The notes: generated by a model not told the origin, from the sequence alone. A stretch of 32,000 bases of DNA from an uncultured Aureispira sp. (GCA_964445645.1 CAYULH010000014.1:23871-55870); one strand, 5' to 3'. Positions 17,495-26,143 are shown, counted from the stretch's first letter. A program made the numbers and translations.

Positions 17495-18667
17495 ATGTAC
17501 TACAAGATTTTTACTGTTTTTTTTCTAATTATAATTGGAGTCATTGCTTGTAGGCCAACCTCAGAGACCTTGTTCTCCAAAGCAGACAACGACCTGAGCA
17601 ATATTCCTTACCGTCCTACAGCGTATACCGTTGTCCCCCCCCAAGGTTTTCCTGCTATGGAAATCCCTGAAGATAACCCCATGACAGAAGAAGGCATTCG
17701 TTTGGGTAGACATCTGTTTTATGATCCTATTCTTTCTTTCGATTCAACAGTTTCTTGTGCGAGTTGCCACCAACAAGAGAAGGCGTTTACGGATGGGAAG
17801 GCATTTTCTACAGGTATTAATGGCTTGACTGGTAAGCGCAGTTCTATGTCCTTGATAAATGTAGGCTATAACTGGGTGCGTGGGCGCAAGCACAATTTTA
17901 TGTGGGATGGGCGTTTTGCTACCTTAGAGGAGCAAGTCATCAAAGGGCCCATTGTTGATCCTGTAGAAATGGCCAACACCCGAGAGAACCTAGAACGTAC
18001 CTTGCGAAAACACCCCCTTTATCCACCAATGTTTAGGGCAGCTTTTGGCATTAGCAACAGCCAAGAAATCACACTTGAAATGGTGGGCAAGGCCATTGCC
18101 CAATTTGAACGCACCCTCAACTCTGCCCGTTCTATGTATGACAAAGATGTTTGGGATAGTTTTGTTTATTTGAATCCACAAGAACTCAATGGTATGGAAA
18201 TTTTTATAGGGGATGCGGCTGGTGCGCCTAGCAGCAAGGACGGCGAATGCGCCCATTGTCATAGTTTTTCGACCAACAAAGCACTGTTTGCACGCAATGA
18301 GTTTTCTAATAATGGTCTCGATAGTGCTGTTAGTTTAGTCCATTTTTTGGATTATGGCTTAGGAGGAATTACCAGCAATACACCCGACAATGGGATGTTT
18401 AGAGAGGTGAGCCTAAGAAATATTGCCCTGACCGCCCCCTATATGCACGATGGCCGCTTCCAAACCTTAGAGGAGGTGATGGAACATTACACCCGTGGCG
18501 TACATCCTGCGCCCAACTTGGCCTCCGAGCTTAGTACGGCCACCACCCTACCCCAATTAACCGCATCAGAAAAGGAAGACGTTATTGCTTTCTTGCACGC
18601 TCTAACAGATACTAGTTATATTTACAAGGAAGAATGGAGCAATCCTTTTGAGCATTCGGAGAATTAA
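17495..18667 (+). CDS. di-haem cytochrome c peroxidase family lipoprotein (MbnH/MauG/CCP-like), copy 1
   Basis: Lipobox 'IGVIAC'. Two CxxCH haem motifs ('CASCH' and 'CAHCH') and 'APYMHDGRFQTLEEV', typical of the CCP_MauG family. Confidence 0.85.
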   Translation: MYYKIFTVFFLIIIGVIACRPTSETLFSKADNDLSNIPYRPTAYTVVPPQGFPAMEIPEDNPMTEEGIRLGRHLFYDPILSFDSTVSCASCHQQEKAFTDGKAFSTGINGLTGKRSSMSLINVGYNWVRGRKHNFMWDGRFATLEEQVIKGPIVDPVEMANTRENLERTLRKHPLYPPMFRAAFGISNSQEITLEMVGKAIAQFERTLNSARSMYDKDVWDSFVYLNPQELNGMEIFIGDAAGAPSSKDGECAHCHSFSTNKALFARNEFSNNGLDSAVSLVHFLDYGLGGITSNTPDNGMFREVSLRNIALTAPYMHDGRFQTLEEVMEHYTRGVHPAPNLASELSTATTLPQLTASEKEDVIAFLHALTDTSYIYKEEWSNPFEHSEN

Positions 18668-18686
18668 AAGCAAATCATCAATAGCT

Positions 18687-19835
18687 ATGAAAAATACCAT
18701 TATACTATTTACCCTATTCTTGTTTGTGCTGGTTGCTTGTGTACCAACAGAGCCTTTGGATATGGGAAGGGATCTAAGCCATATCAACTACAATCCTACG
18801 GCTTATACGGTGGTGCCGCCCAAGGGACTTCCCCCTATGGAAATTCCAGCCAATAACCCTATGACCGAAGAGGGCATTCGCTTGGGCCGACACCTGTTTT
18901 ATGATCCCATTCTTTCTTTGGATTCGACTATTTCGTGTGCCAGTTGTCACAAACAAGAAAAAGCCTTTACCGATGGTATGGCACTCTCTACTGGTATTGA
19001 TGGCTTGGTAGGCAAGCGCAGTTCTATGTCGTTAATTAATGTGGGATATAATTGGATTCGCAGCAGAGCGCACAATTTTATGTGGGATGGCCGTTTTGCT
19101 ACATTGGAGGAACTCTCTATCAAAGGGCCTATTGTTGATCCCGTAGAAATGGCCAATACCCTAGAAAACCTAGAGGAAACCCTCCAAAAACATCCCACTT
19201 ATCCCGATATGTTTAGAGAAGCCTTTGGGATTAGCAACAGCAAAGAAATCAAAGCAGAAATGGTGGGCAAAGCCTTGGCGCAGTTTCAACGCACCCTCAA
19301 CTCGGCCAATTCTATGTACGACCAAGATGTGTGGGTACCGGGGGTGTTTATGAGTACACAGGCGGTCAATGGCCGTGATCTTTTTGAGGGTGATGCCAAT
19401 GGTTTGCCAAGCAGCAAAGATGCCGAATGCGCCCACTGCCATAGTTTTTCTACCCAAAAAGCCTTGTTTGCCCGCAATGAGTTTTCTAATAATGGATTGG
19501 ACTCGGTTACTAGTCTGACCGATTTCTTGGATTATGGATTTGGCGGTGCTACCAATAATACGCCTGATAACGGCATGTTTAGAGAAGTGAGTTTGAGAAA
19601 TATTGCTCTCACTGCCCCCTACATGCACGATGGCCGTTTCCAAACACTAGAAGAAGTACTCGACCACTATGTAAGTGGCGTACATCCTGCCCCCAACTTG
19701 GCCTCCGAACTCACGACCGCCAACAGCTTGCCCTATCTCACGCAAACCGATAAAGAAGATATTATTGCGTTCTTGCACGCACTCACCGATACCAGTTATA
19801 TTCATAAAGAAGAATGGAGCAATCCATTTGAGTAA
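18687..19835 (+). CDS. di-haem cytochrome c peroxidase family lipoprotein (MbnH/MauG/CCP-like), copy 2 (tandem paralogue)
   Basis: Lipobox 'VLVAC', 'CASCH', 'CAHCH' and 'APYMHDGRFQTLEEV'. It is colinear with copy 1 along the whole mature length, with most residues identical by eye. Confidence 0.85.
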   Translation: MKNTIILFTLFLFVLVACVPTEPLDMGRDLSHINYNPTAYTVVPPKGLPPMEIPANNPMTEEGIRLGRHLFYDPILSLDSTISCASCHKQEKAFTDGMALSTGIDGLVGKRSSMSLINVGYNWIRSRAHNFMWDGRFATLEELSIKGPIVDPVEMANTLENLEETLQKHPTYPDMFREAFGISNSKEIKAEMVGKALAQFQRTLNSANSMYDQDVWVPGVFMSTQAVNGRDLFEGDANGLPSSKDAECAHCHSFSTQKALFARNEFSNNGLDSVTSLTDFLDYGFGGATNNTPDNGMFREVSLRNIALTAPYMHDGRFQTLEEVLDHYVSGVHPAPNLASELTTANSLPYLTQTDKEDIIAFLHALTDTSYIHKEEWSNPFE

Positions 19836-19860
19836 ATTTTAGATTTTTTGTCTTTATACG

Positions 19861-19909
19861 CAACATCCTATAGTGGGAATACAACCCAAGTATAGGATGT
19901 TGTGTTTTA
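19861..19909 (+). terminator. terminator after the peroxidase pair
   Basis: CAACATCCTATA-N18-TATAGGATGTTG perfect 12-bp stem followed by TGTTTTAT. Confidence 0.65.
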
Positions 19910-19972
19910 TCTTCATAGATTTTACTTATTTTAGCCTTTCTTAATTATTCCACTTTCGTAAATAACCAACTT

Positions 19973-20764
19973 GTGTCACGTTCCTCCTTTTATTTATTTC
20001 TAATACTATCCTTTTGCCTCACTGCCTGTATTACCACAAGCACCACTACTACTACCGCTACCACAGAAACCAACAACACCACTACTCAAGATGGTCGCCA
20101 AATTGTTGTACGTCAAGCAGGGCAATTGCAAGTCGTAGAACCCGACACCATACGCCTAGAACCCAATCCGTATTCCTCCTTGGTAGAAATTAGAACCCGC
20201 TTTGGCACCATGAAAGTAGAATTGTTCTTTGATGCAGAAGGACACCGAGCCAATTTTCTAAAGCTCGCCAAAGAAGCCCAATACGATAGCCTGCTTTTTC
20301 ATAGAGTGATTAAGGGTTTTATGGCACAAGGAGGCGACCCCAGCTCCAAAAATGCAAAAGCTGGAACACGCTTGGGTAGTGGCAGCACTGGCAACGAGCA
20401 GCCTGCCGAAATTGGGCAGCATTATTACCACATCAAAGGGGCATTGGCCGCAGCGCGCCAACCCGATGAAATGAATCCAGAGAAAGTCTCTTCGGGCAGT
20501 CAATTTTATATTGTGCAAGGCAGTTCTGTAGCACCTATTCAGTTGGATAAGAATGAGCGAGAATACGACATTGTGTATACGGAAGAACAGCGAAAATTGT
20601 ATTATAAATTGGGTGGAGCACCGCAGTTGGATATGGAGTATACGGTTTTTGGGCGGGTGTATGAAGGCTTTGAAGTCATTGACAGCATTGCGGCACAGCC
20701 TACCGATGCCTATGCCCGTCCTCAAGAGGATATTCGGATGTTTGTGAAGGTGATTCGGGAGTAA
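19973..20764 (+). CDS. cyclophilin-type peptidyl-prolyl cis-trans isomerase lipoprotein
   Basis: GTG start; lipobox 'FCLTAC' followed by a Thr-rich linker. Cyclophilin motifs 'FHRVIKGFMAQGGDP', 'SQFYIV' and 'YTVFGRV'. Confidence 0.9.
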   Translation: MSRSSFYLFLILSFCLTACITTSTTTTTATTETNNTTTQDGRQIVVRQAGQLQVVEPDTIRLEPNPYSSLVEIRTRFGTMKVELFFDAEGHRANFLKLAKEAQYDSLLFHRVIKGFMAQGGDPSSKNAKAGTRLGSGSTGNEQPAEIGQHYYHIKGALAAARQPDEMNPEKVSSGSQFYIVQGSSVAPIQLDKNEREYDIVYTEEQRKLYYKLGGAPQLDMEYTVFGRVYEGFEVIDSIAAQPTDAYARPQEDIRMFVKVIRE

Positions 20765-20828
20765 GCAAGGAAAAGGTATAGAGCAGAACACAACCGTAGT
20801 TGTGCCCTGCCCATCAATGATTCTTAAT

Positions 20829-21230
20829 TTAAGGATGTACATGGAATCTAATTGTATCCATGGCTTCCTCTCCATTATGATTCGACACTTTCGTAATCAA
20901 TTCATAATCAGAATGTACACTTGCAGAGGCTATCACAAAAGTATCTACCTCATGGCTGGTACTGTGGGTATGTCCATGCAAATGCAGCAAATCCATCATC
21001 ATGGTCTTATTCATAACATGGATATGATACTCATGCAATTCGTCATCATCCATAAAATGCACCTTCACAGGTATCGTATCTCCTGCATTATACATAGCAC
21101 CATCTACAGGCTTGTGAACATGTACGCTAGGTTTGCTCACATTGTCATCAATATTGTTTTTATCTTTGGTACATGCTGTAAACGCAAGCACTAATAAAAG
21201 AATGCTGGTAAAAATGATCGTGTTTTTCAT
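20829..21230 (-). CDS. His/Met-rich small lipoprotein (putative metal-binding, Ig-like; DUF4625-like?)
   Basis: Lipobox 'LAFTAC'. By eye about 15 His in 133 aa, arranged as HxH motifs (HVH, HEYHIH, HLHGHTHSTSH, FHVHP), plus a 'TMMMD' Met cluster. Confidence 0.65.
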   Translation of the reverse strand: MKNTIIFTSILLLVLAFTACTKDKNNIDDNVSKPSVHVHKPVDGAMYNAGDTIPVKVHFMDDDELHEYHIHVMNKTMMMDLLHLHGHTHSTSHEVDTFVIASASVHSDYELITKVSNHNGEEAMDTIRFHVHP

Positions 21231-21300
21231 GATAATATTGTAATTGTATACTTCATGAATTGTTTGTACAAATCCATGAAGTGTTAAGTAATTTTGTTTT

Positions 21301-22227
21301 CTAAAATAAATAATTGAATTGAGCCATCAGACGTGCTTCTGAGTGTACTTGCCCACTCGCCATATACTGCCAAACCGGCTGTTGATACTCCAAACCTATT
21401 TGAATATTTTTGTAATAACACTGCAAACTAGCCGTGGCCAACAATTGCGTTCCACCAGAATAAATTCTATCGTAGCCCCTATTCTTATTGCGTGCCAAAT
21501 GCTCCAATTGTAAACCACCCTGAGGGGCAAAAGTCCATGCTTTGGCCTTGATAACCCCAAAGCCCACCATACTGCTGCTCCATTGGTTGCCCAATTGATA
21601 ACCCTCTGGATTGGCGGTATTGATTTGATAGGTGGTACTCCAATTGATGCCCCATTTTTTTTGGCGCAAGGTATAAGCCCCTGATAGAATAAAACTCCAT
21701 GCCCCTGTTCCCAACTGAAAAGCAATGGGTAATGGCACTCCATCCTTATCCAAAGCCCTGTGATTGCCTGTTGGAGCCTGCACCCCACCCCCCAACATCA
21801 AATTATGCTGGGTCTTGGCCGAAGAATCTTGCAAGACATTATTATATACTTGATAAAAGCCCAAGACAGAAATATCTGACAAGCCCATTAGGCGTGTAAA
21901 ATCATCATTCGCTGTTTCTTGAATGTTAATCTTGTATGGCACAAAGGCCAATAGCTGCACCCGTGGATGTGGATAAATGCGTGTTTGTAGGCTTAGATGG
22001 TAATAATAATCGCGTGTGTACTCCCCTGTAAGCCCATCGTGTCCATTCAATGCGCCCATAGTACTGTAACGCCCCAATAAACCAATGTAATGTTTATTAA
22101 AGTTGGGAAAAAGGCCATTCTGATAATTGCCTACTACTGGACAACCACCATCACAGCTCCACACAGCAGTGGGCACAGCACTGAGCAATAGACACAGCAA
22201 GCCCCACCACAACTGATGTTGTTTCAT
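21301..22227 (-). CDS. outer-membrane beta-barrel protein with N-terminal CDGGC motif
   Basis: A signal peptide (…AVWS) is followed by 'CDGGCPVVGNY'. It has an alternating-strand pattern and the terminal 'QFNYLF'. Confidence 0.6.
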   Translation of the reverse strand: MKQHQLWWGLLCLLLSAVPTAVWSCDGGCPVVGNYQNGLFPNFNKHYIGLLGRYSTMGALNGHDGLTGEYTRDYYYHLSLQTRIYPHPRVQLLAFVPYKINIQETANDDFTRLMGLSDISVLGFYQVYNNVLQDSSAKTQHNLMLGGGVQAPTGNHRALDKDGVPLPIAFQLGTGAWSFILSGAYTLRQKKWGINWSTTYQINTANPEGYQLGNQWSSSMVGFGVIKAKAWTFAPQGGLQLEHLARNKNRGYDRIYSGGTQLLATASLQCYYKNIQIGLEYQQPVWQYMASGQVHSEARLMAQFNYLF

Positions 22228-22480
22228 AACGTAAGTGAATTAAAGTGGTACTTTGTTGTGGCCTACTTAATTGGAAATTGTTTAAATTTACTTGCGTAAG
22301 CGAGTGCGCTTTGCTCATAAACTCGCCGCAAACTCGATTCAATACAACTTCATTCTAAGGAGTCCTAAAAAACAGGCATGTTCACACAAAAGATCAGCGA
22401 AGCAACAGCATAACAGCGAGCTATACGACCTCATGAAATCCACACAAAGTACGTTCTTAAAACAAAAAAGAAGGATTTAA

Positions 22481-22891
22481 CTAAGAATAGAGAGGGGTTA
22501 AATCTTGGGGAGGATCCAAGAGCTCAAAGGCTGCTAGGTGGTTATAATGGTTGATATACCCGCCTATGCTAGTTCTGTTATACCAGCCGCTCAACCTTTG
22601 TGAAGCAAGAGAAGAAAGGGTTATTAAGGGTTGTAATAAGCCTATGAGTGGCTTTAGTTGTATTTCTTTGATAGGATTGGGCGCATCCTTAGAATCGGTG
22701 TCTTCACCAGCCGCCAACATATTTTTCAGGTGGCACTTACCATTACATTTGAGGGCTGGGCGGCTTTTGTTAATACAAAAATCATTGGTAATTTGCTCTT
22801 TCTGGAAGGCATAGTAGGCACATACGATGCCCTGATAGCCCGCTTGTGCCACTACTAACAATATCCATACTATGCAAATCCAATTCTTCAT
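22481..22891 (-). CDS. small membrane-anchored protein with FCxNKxxPxLKCNGKCHL cysteine motif
   Basis: The probable start is the ATG at comp. 22891 (MKNWICIVWILLVV…), which begins the TM helix. Conserved-looking motif: 'DFCINKSRPALKCNGKCHLKNML'. The track's longer version starts at 22939. Confidence 0.5.
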   Translation of the reverse strand: MKNWICIVWILLVVAQAGYQGIVCAYYAFQKEQITNDFCINKSRPALKCNGKCHLKNMLAAGEDTDSKDAPNPIKEIQLKPLIGLLQPLITLSSLASQRLSGWYNRTSIGGYINHYNHLAAFELLDPPQDLTPLYS

Positions 22892-23009
22892 GCCACAAAA
22901 GTAAAATTTTATTCCATAGAGTGCAAGTGTAGTGGGCATTTACTTTGACCGATTCAATGTTAAAATAAAAATACCTAGCACTACACCTGCCCCTTTGTTT
23001 CTAGTTGTC

Positions 23010-24281
23010 TTAATCCACAAGCTCCTCCATACTATTCTTAAATTCCAAAGCAGGATCGGGTTGATTTCTCAATAAATCTTCAAAAGTCTCTCTGGCACGA
23101 ATCAAGTGGGCTTGTCCCTGATGTATCAACACCTCAGCAGGGCGGTATCGGCTGTTATAATTAGAAGCCATAGAAAAACAATAGGCTCCTGCATTCTTAA
23201 ACGCCAAAATATCTCCTGCCTTAATTTCATTAATTCTTCTATTCCAACCAAAGGTATCCGTCTCACAAATATACCCCACTACGGTGTAAATTTTTGGTTT
23301 GCCCAATGGATTGGAAATATTCACAATATCGTGGTGTGCGCCATAAAACATAGGACGAATCAAGTGATTAAAACCCGTATCTAAGCCAGCAAAAACCGTA
23401 GAAGTCGTCTGCTTTACCACATTGGTTCTAGCCAAAAAAGTCCCTGACTCACTCACCAAGTATTTACCAGGTTCAAATATCAAAGTCAAATCCTTACCTG
23501 TTTCCGCACAAAAGGCATTGAACTGCTCCGTAATCATGGCCCCAAACTGCTCCATATCCGTAGCAATATCATGCGCCTTGTATTTTACTTTGAATCCAGA
23601 ACCAAAATCAATGTACTTCAAATCTTCAAACTCCCGTGCCACCCCAAACAACAATTCGGCAGCATGGGCAAACACCTCTACATCCAGAATATCAGAACCC
23701 GTGTGCATGTGTACCCCTTCAATGTTCATGTTTAAGGTTTTTACCAAACGATGCACCAAGGGCATTTGATGAATGGAAATACCAAACTTAGAATCAATAT
23801 GCCCCACCGAAATTTTGCTATTGCCTCCTGCCATAATATGTGGATTGATACGCACACAAAAAGCCTTGTCAGGATGCTGTAAGCCCATGTATTCCAAGGT
23901 TTCAATATTATCAATATTTACCCGAACGCCTAAACGAATAGCCGCTTCCAACTCCTCGATAGAAACAGAATTGGGGGTATACATGATTTCCGAAGGGGTA
24001 AAACCTGCCTCCAAACCCAGCAAAATCTCCTGATAAGAAACCGCATCCAAGCCAGCCCCCAACTGCTTGAGCAAACGCAAAATACTGATATTGGTCAATG
24101 CCTTGCAAGCATAGTGAATCTTGACCTTAGAAACCCCGCTCAAAGCTTGGGTCATGGATTGGTACTGCTGTTGGATTTTGGCCGCATCGTACACAAATAA
24201 AGGTGTTCCGTACGTCTCTGCTAGGGCGGCTGCATTCTGCCCACCAATTTCAAATTGTTCTGTTTCTCTGTTAAAAAGCAT
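23010..24281 (-). CDS. lysA: diaminopimelate decarboxylase
   Basis: 423 aa PLP fold-III decarboxylase: 'GTPLFVYD', 'IHYACKALTN' (PLP Lys), 'HMHTGS', 'IDFGSGF' and 'GYICETDTF'. Confidence 0.9.
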   Translation of the reverse strand: MLFNRETEQFEIGGQNAAALAETYGTPLFVYDAAKIQQQYQSMTQALSGVSKVKIHYACKALTNISILRLLKQLGAGLDAVSYQEILLGLEAGFTPSEIMYTPNSVSIEELEAAIRLGVRVNIDNIETLEYMGLQHPDKAFCVRINPHIMAGGNSKISVGHIDSKFGISIHQMPLVHRLVKTLNMNIEGVHMHTGSDILDVEVFAHAAELLFGVAREFEDLKYIDFGSGFKVKYKAHDIATDMEQFGAMITEQFNAFCAETGKDLTLIFEPGKYLVSESGTFLARTNVVKQTTSTVFAGLDTGFNHLIRPMFYGAHHDIVNISNPLGKPKIYTVVGYICETDTFGWNRRINEIKAGDILAFKNAGAYCFSMASNYNSRYRPAEVLIHQGQAHLIRARETFEDLLRNQPDPALEFKNSMEELVD

Positions 24282-24325
24282 GATTGAATGTTGATTTGAA
24301 GTAAAGAAGTTGTTCTAATCTAAAC

Positions 24326-24518
24326 AAAAAAGCGACTAACCCTATTGGACCAATCGCTTGTAGTATATATCTATGTTTATTTTTTGCTAAATGATTGTCC
24401 AATAGCCAGCCTCCCAATCACATTTCTGTTTCTTGGTAGCTACACACAATACGGCCTTTTTACTAGCATTTACTGCTGTAAAAAAATTATTAATGGTGCT
24501 ATGTTTTGGTTGAATCAT
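24326..24518 (-). promoter_or_regulatory. candidate lysA leader/attenuator: 43-codon mini-ORF + anti-terminator + intrinsic terminator
   Basis: The terminator AAGCGA-N18-TCGCTT+TTTT(G) lies at comp. 24359..24326. 'CTATTGGACAATC' (comp. 24405..24393) is complementary to 'GATTGGTCCAATAG' (comp. 24355..24342). The mini-ORF at comp. 24518..24387 encodes MIQPKHSTINNFFTAVNASKKAVLCVATKKQKCDWEAGYWTII. Confidence 0.4.
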
Positions 24519-24688
24519 ATTCTAAGATAGAATTTTTGTGACAACATAAGAATTTTGGAAGGTAAAAAATTGGCTTATCTATTAAATTTAGTCCCAATTT
24601 GTAGATACCAAACAAAAGGTTTTGGTGCTTTGCCTAGGAAATTTTACCTTTCCTCTTTGCCCCCATTGATAATCAAACGCTATACATT

Positions 24689-26143
24689 ATGTGGCATTAC
24701 CATTTACTCTGTTTATTCGTACTCGCTTATTTTATTCCTACCAATGCCCAAAACAAACTGGAAGTAGCATTAAATAGCTTGGAACAAGATCCAGAATTGA
24801 AGCATGCTTCAATTAGCTTTTGTGCCATTCATGTCAAGAACAACACCATTTATGCCCAACGCCATGCCGATAAATCTCTTGCCCCTGCTTCCTCCATGAA
24901 GGTGATTACTACAGGGGCAGCCTTGGCTACTTTGGGTGCTGATTATACGTTTAATACTTATTTGGAATACAGTGGCAGCATTAGCGGTGGCACCCTAAGA
25001 GGCAATTTGTATCTACGAGGCACGGGCGATCCCTCTTTGGCCTCTCCTCTTATGGAAGGCGTGCCTGACAGAACAGCACTGATGAACAAACTGGTAACGG
25101 CTGTACAAAAAGCAGGCATCCAACGAATTGAGGGGGCAGTTATTGGCGATGGCAGTTTTTTTGAAGATCAAGTAGTTGTGCCTACTTGGCAATGGGGCGA
25201 CGTGGGCAACCATTATGGGGCTGGCGTGAGTGGGCTCAATTATTATGACAATCTCTATTACATTTATTTTAGTAGAACCAATACCTTTGGAGCCATACCC
25301 AAAATTGACCATACAGATCCTGTTATTCCAGGCTTAGAAATCGACAATCGGGTTACACAAGCCGGCAGCCGCACAGGCGACAATGCCTATGTTTTTTCGG
25401 CCCCCTTTGGGCAACAAGCCATTATTCGGGGTACGATACCCAAGGGCAGTGGCCTGTTTGACATCAAGGGGGCTACGCCCGATCCTAGCCTATTGTGTGC
25501 CCATGATTTGCGTACTGCCCTCCTCAACCAAGGCATTGGCGTAAGCAAAGCCCCCACCACACAACGCCAATTTCAACGCCAAGAAGCTCGCAAAATTCTA
25601 TTGACCCATCGTTCGCCCAAGCTGCATCTTATTTGCAAACACACCAACGAGGACAGCCGAAACATGTATTGTGAAGCCTTGCTCAAGGCTATGGGAGCCA
25701 AAGTAAAAGGAGCTGGCACCACCGAGAATGGCATTGCTGTAGTGATGGATTTGTGGCGTGCTCGTGGCGTAGATTTGAGTGGCTTTTTTATGAAAGATGG
25801 CTGTGGCTTATCGGCCAGAAACGGCGTGAGTGCCCGAACCTTTGCGGCCATTATGCGTAAGATGTATTTGGATAAGAATGCTTTTGGTGATTTTTATAAT
25901 CAATTGGCAATAGCAGGGCGCACCGGCACTTTGAGGAATGTGGGGCGCAATTCATCGGCCGAGAATAATGTGCGTGCCAAGAGTGGCTCCATGAACAGAA
26001 TTAGAAGCTACACGGGCTATGTTACCACCAAAAGCGGTCAATTTTTATCCTTTAGTATTTTGGTCAATAACTACTCTTGTTCGGGCTACCGAATGCGTAA
26101 AAAACTAGAAACCTTACTCATCGCCATGGCCGAGTCCAGCTAA
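24689..26143 (+). CDS. dacB: D-alanyl-D-alanine carboxypeptidase/endopeptidase (PBP4, peptidase S13)
   Basis: Signal peptide, then the active site 'PASSMKVITTGAAL' (SxxK), plus 'GDGSF', 'LRGTGDPSL' and 'KSGSM' (KTG-like). Confidence 0.85.
   Translation: MWHYHLLCLFVLAYFIPTNAQNKLEVALNSLEQDPELKHASISFCAIHVKNNTIYAQRHADKSLAPASSMKVITTGAALATLGADYTFNTYLEYSGSISGGTLRGNLYLRGTGDPSLASPLMEGVPDRTALMNKLVTAVQKAGIQRIEGAVIGDGSFFEDQVVVPTWQWGDVGNHYGAGVSGLNYYDNLYYIYFSRTNTFGAIPKIDHTDPVIPGLEIDNRVTQAGSRTGDNAYVFSAPFGQQAIIRGTIPKGSGLFDIKGATPDPSLLCAHDLRTALLNQGIGVSKAPTTQRQFQRQEARKILLTHRSPKLHLICKHTNEDSRNMYCEALLKAMGAKVKGAGTTENGIAVVMDLWRARGVDLSGFFMKDGCGLSARNGVSARTFAAIMRKMYLDKNAFGDFYNQLAIAGRTGTLRNVGRNSSAENNVRAKSGSMNRIRSYTGYVTTKSGQFLSFSILVNNYSCSGYRMRKKLETLLIAMAESS

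Noticed and set aside
20258-21194. ORFs 20258..20875 (-) and 20802..21194 (+)
   Set aside because: They are antisense to the cyclophilin gene, which has clear PPIase motifs, and to the His-rich lipoprotein gene, which has a clean lipobox. Their translations are not protein-like.
22896-22903. TACTTTTG -7 box (minus strand) only 5 nt upstream of the ATG at 22891
   Set aside because: It would imply a leaderless mRNA for the Cys-motif membrane protein. That is possible, but a single motif match inside the alternative longer ORF cannot be distinguished from chance without transcription-start data.
24345-24767. ORFs 24345..24530 and 24555..24767 in the lysA-dacB spacer, and a lysine (L-box) riboswitch as the explanation for the lysA leader
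   Set aside because: The ORFs have odd composition and no motifs. I could not recognise the conserved L-box core elements (for example the AGAGGCGC-type 5' motif) by eye, so I report the leader only as a generic terminator/anti-terminator candidate. A covariance-model scan is still needed.
26114-26143. 30-nt convergent overlap between the dacB and AI-2E transporter 3' ends
   Set aside because: Both frames look genuine up to their stops, and the transporter tail is an acidic low-complexity extension. The overlap is probably a trivial tail overlap, or a slightly mis-extended C-terminus, rather than a functional feature.
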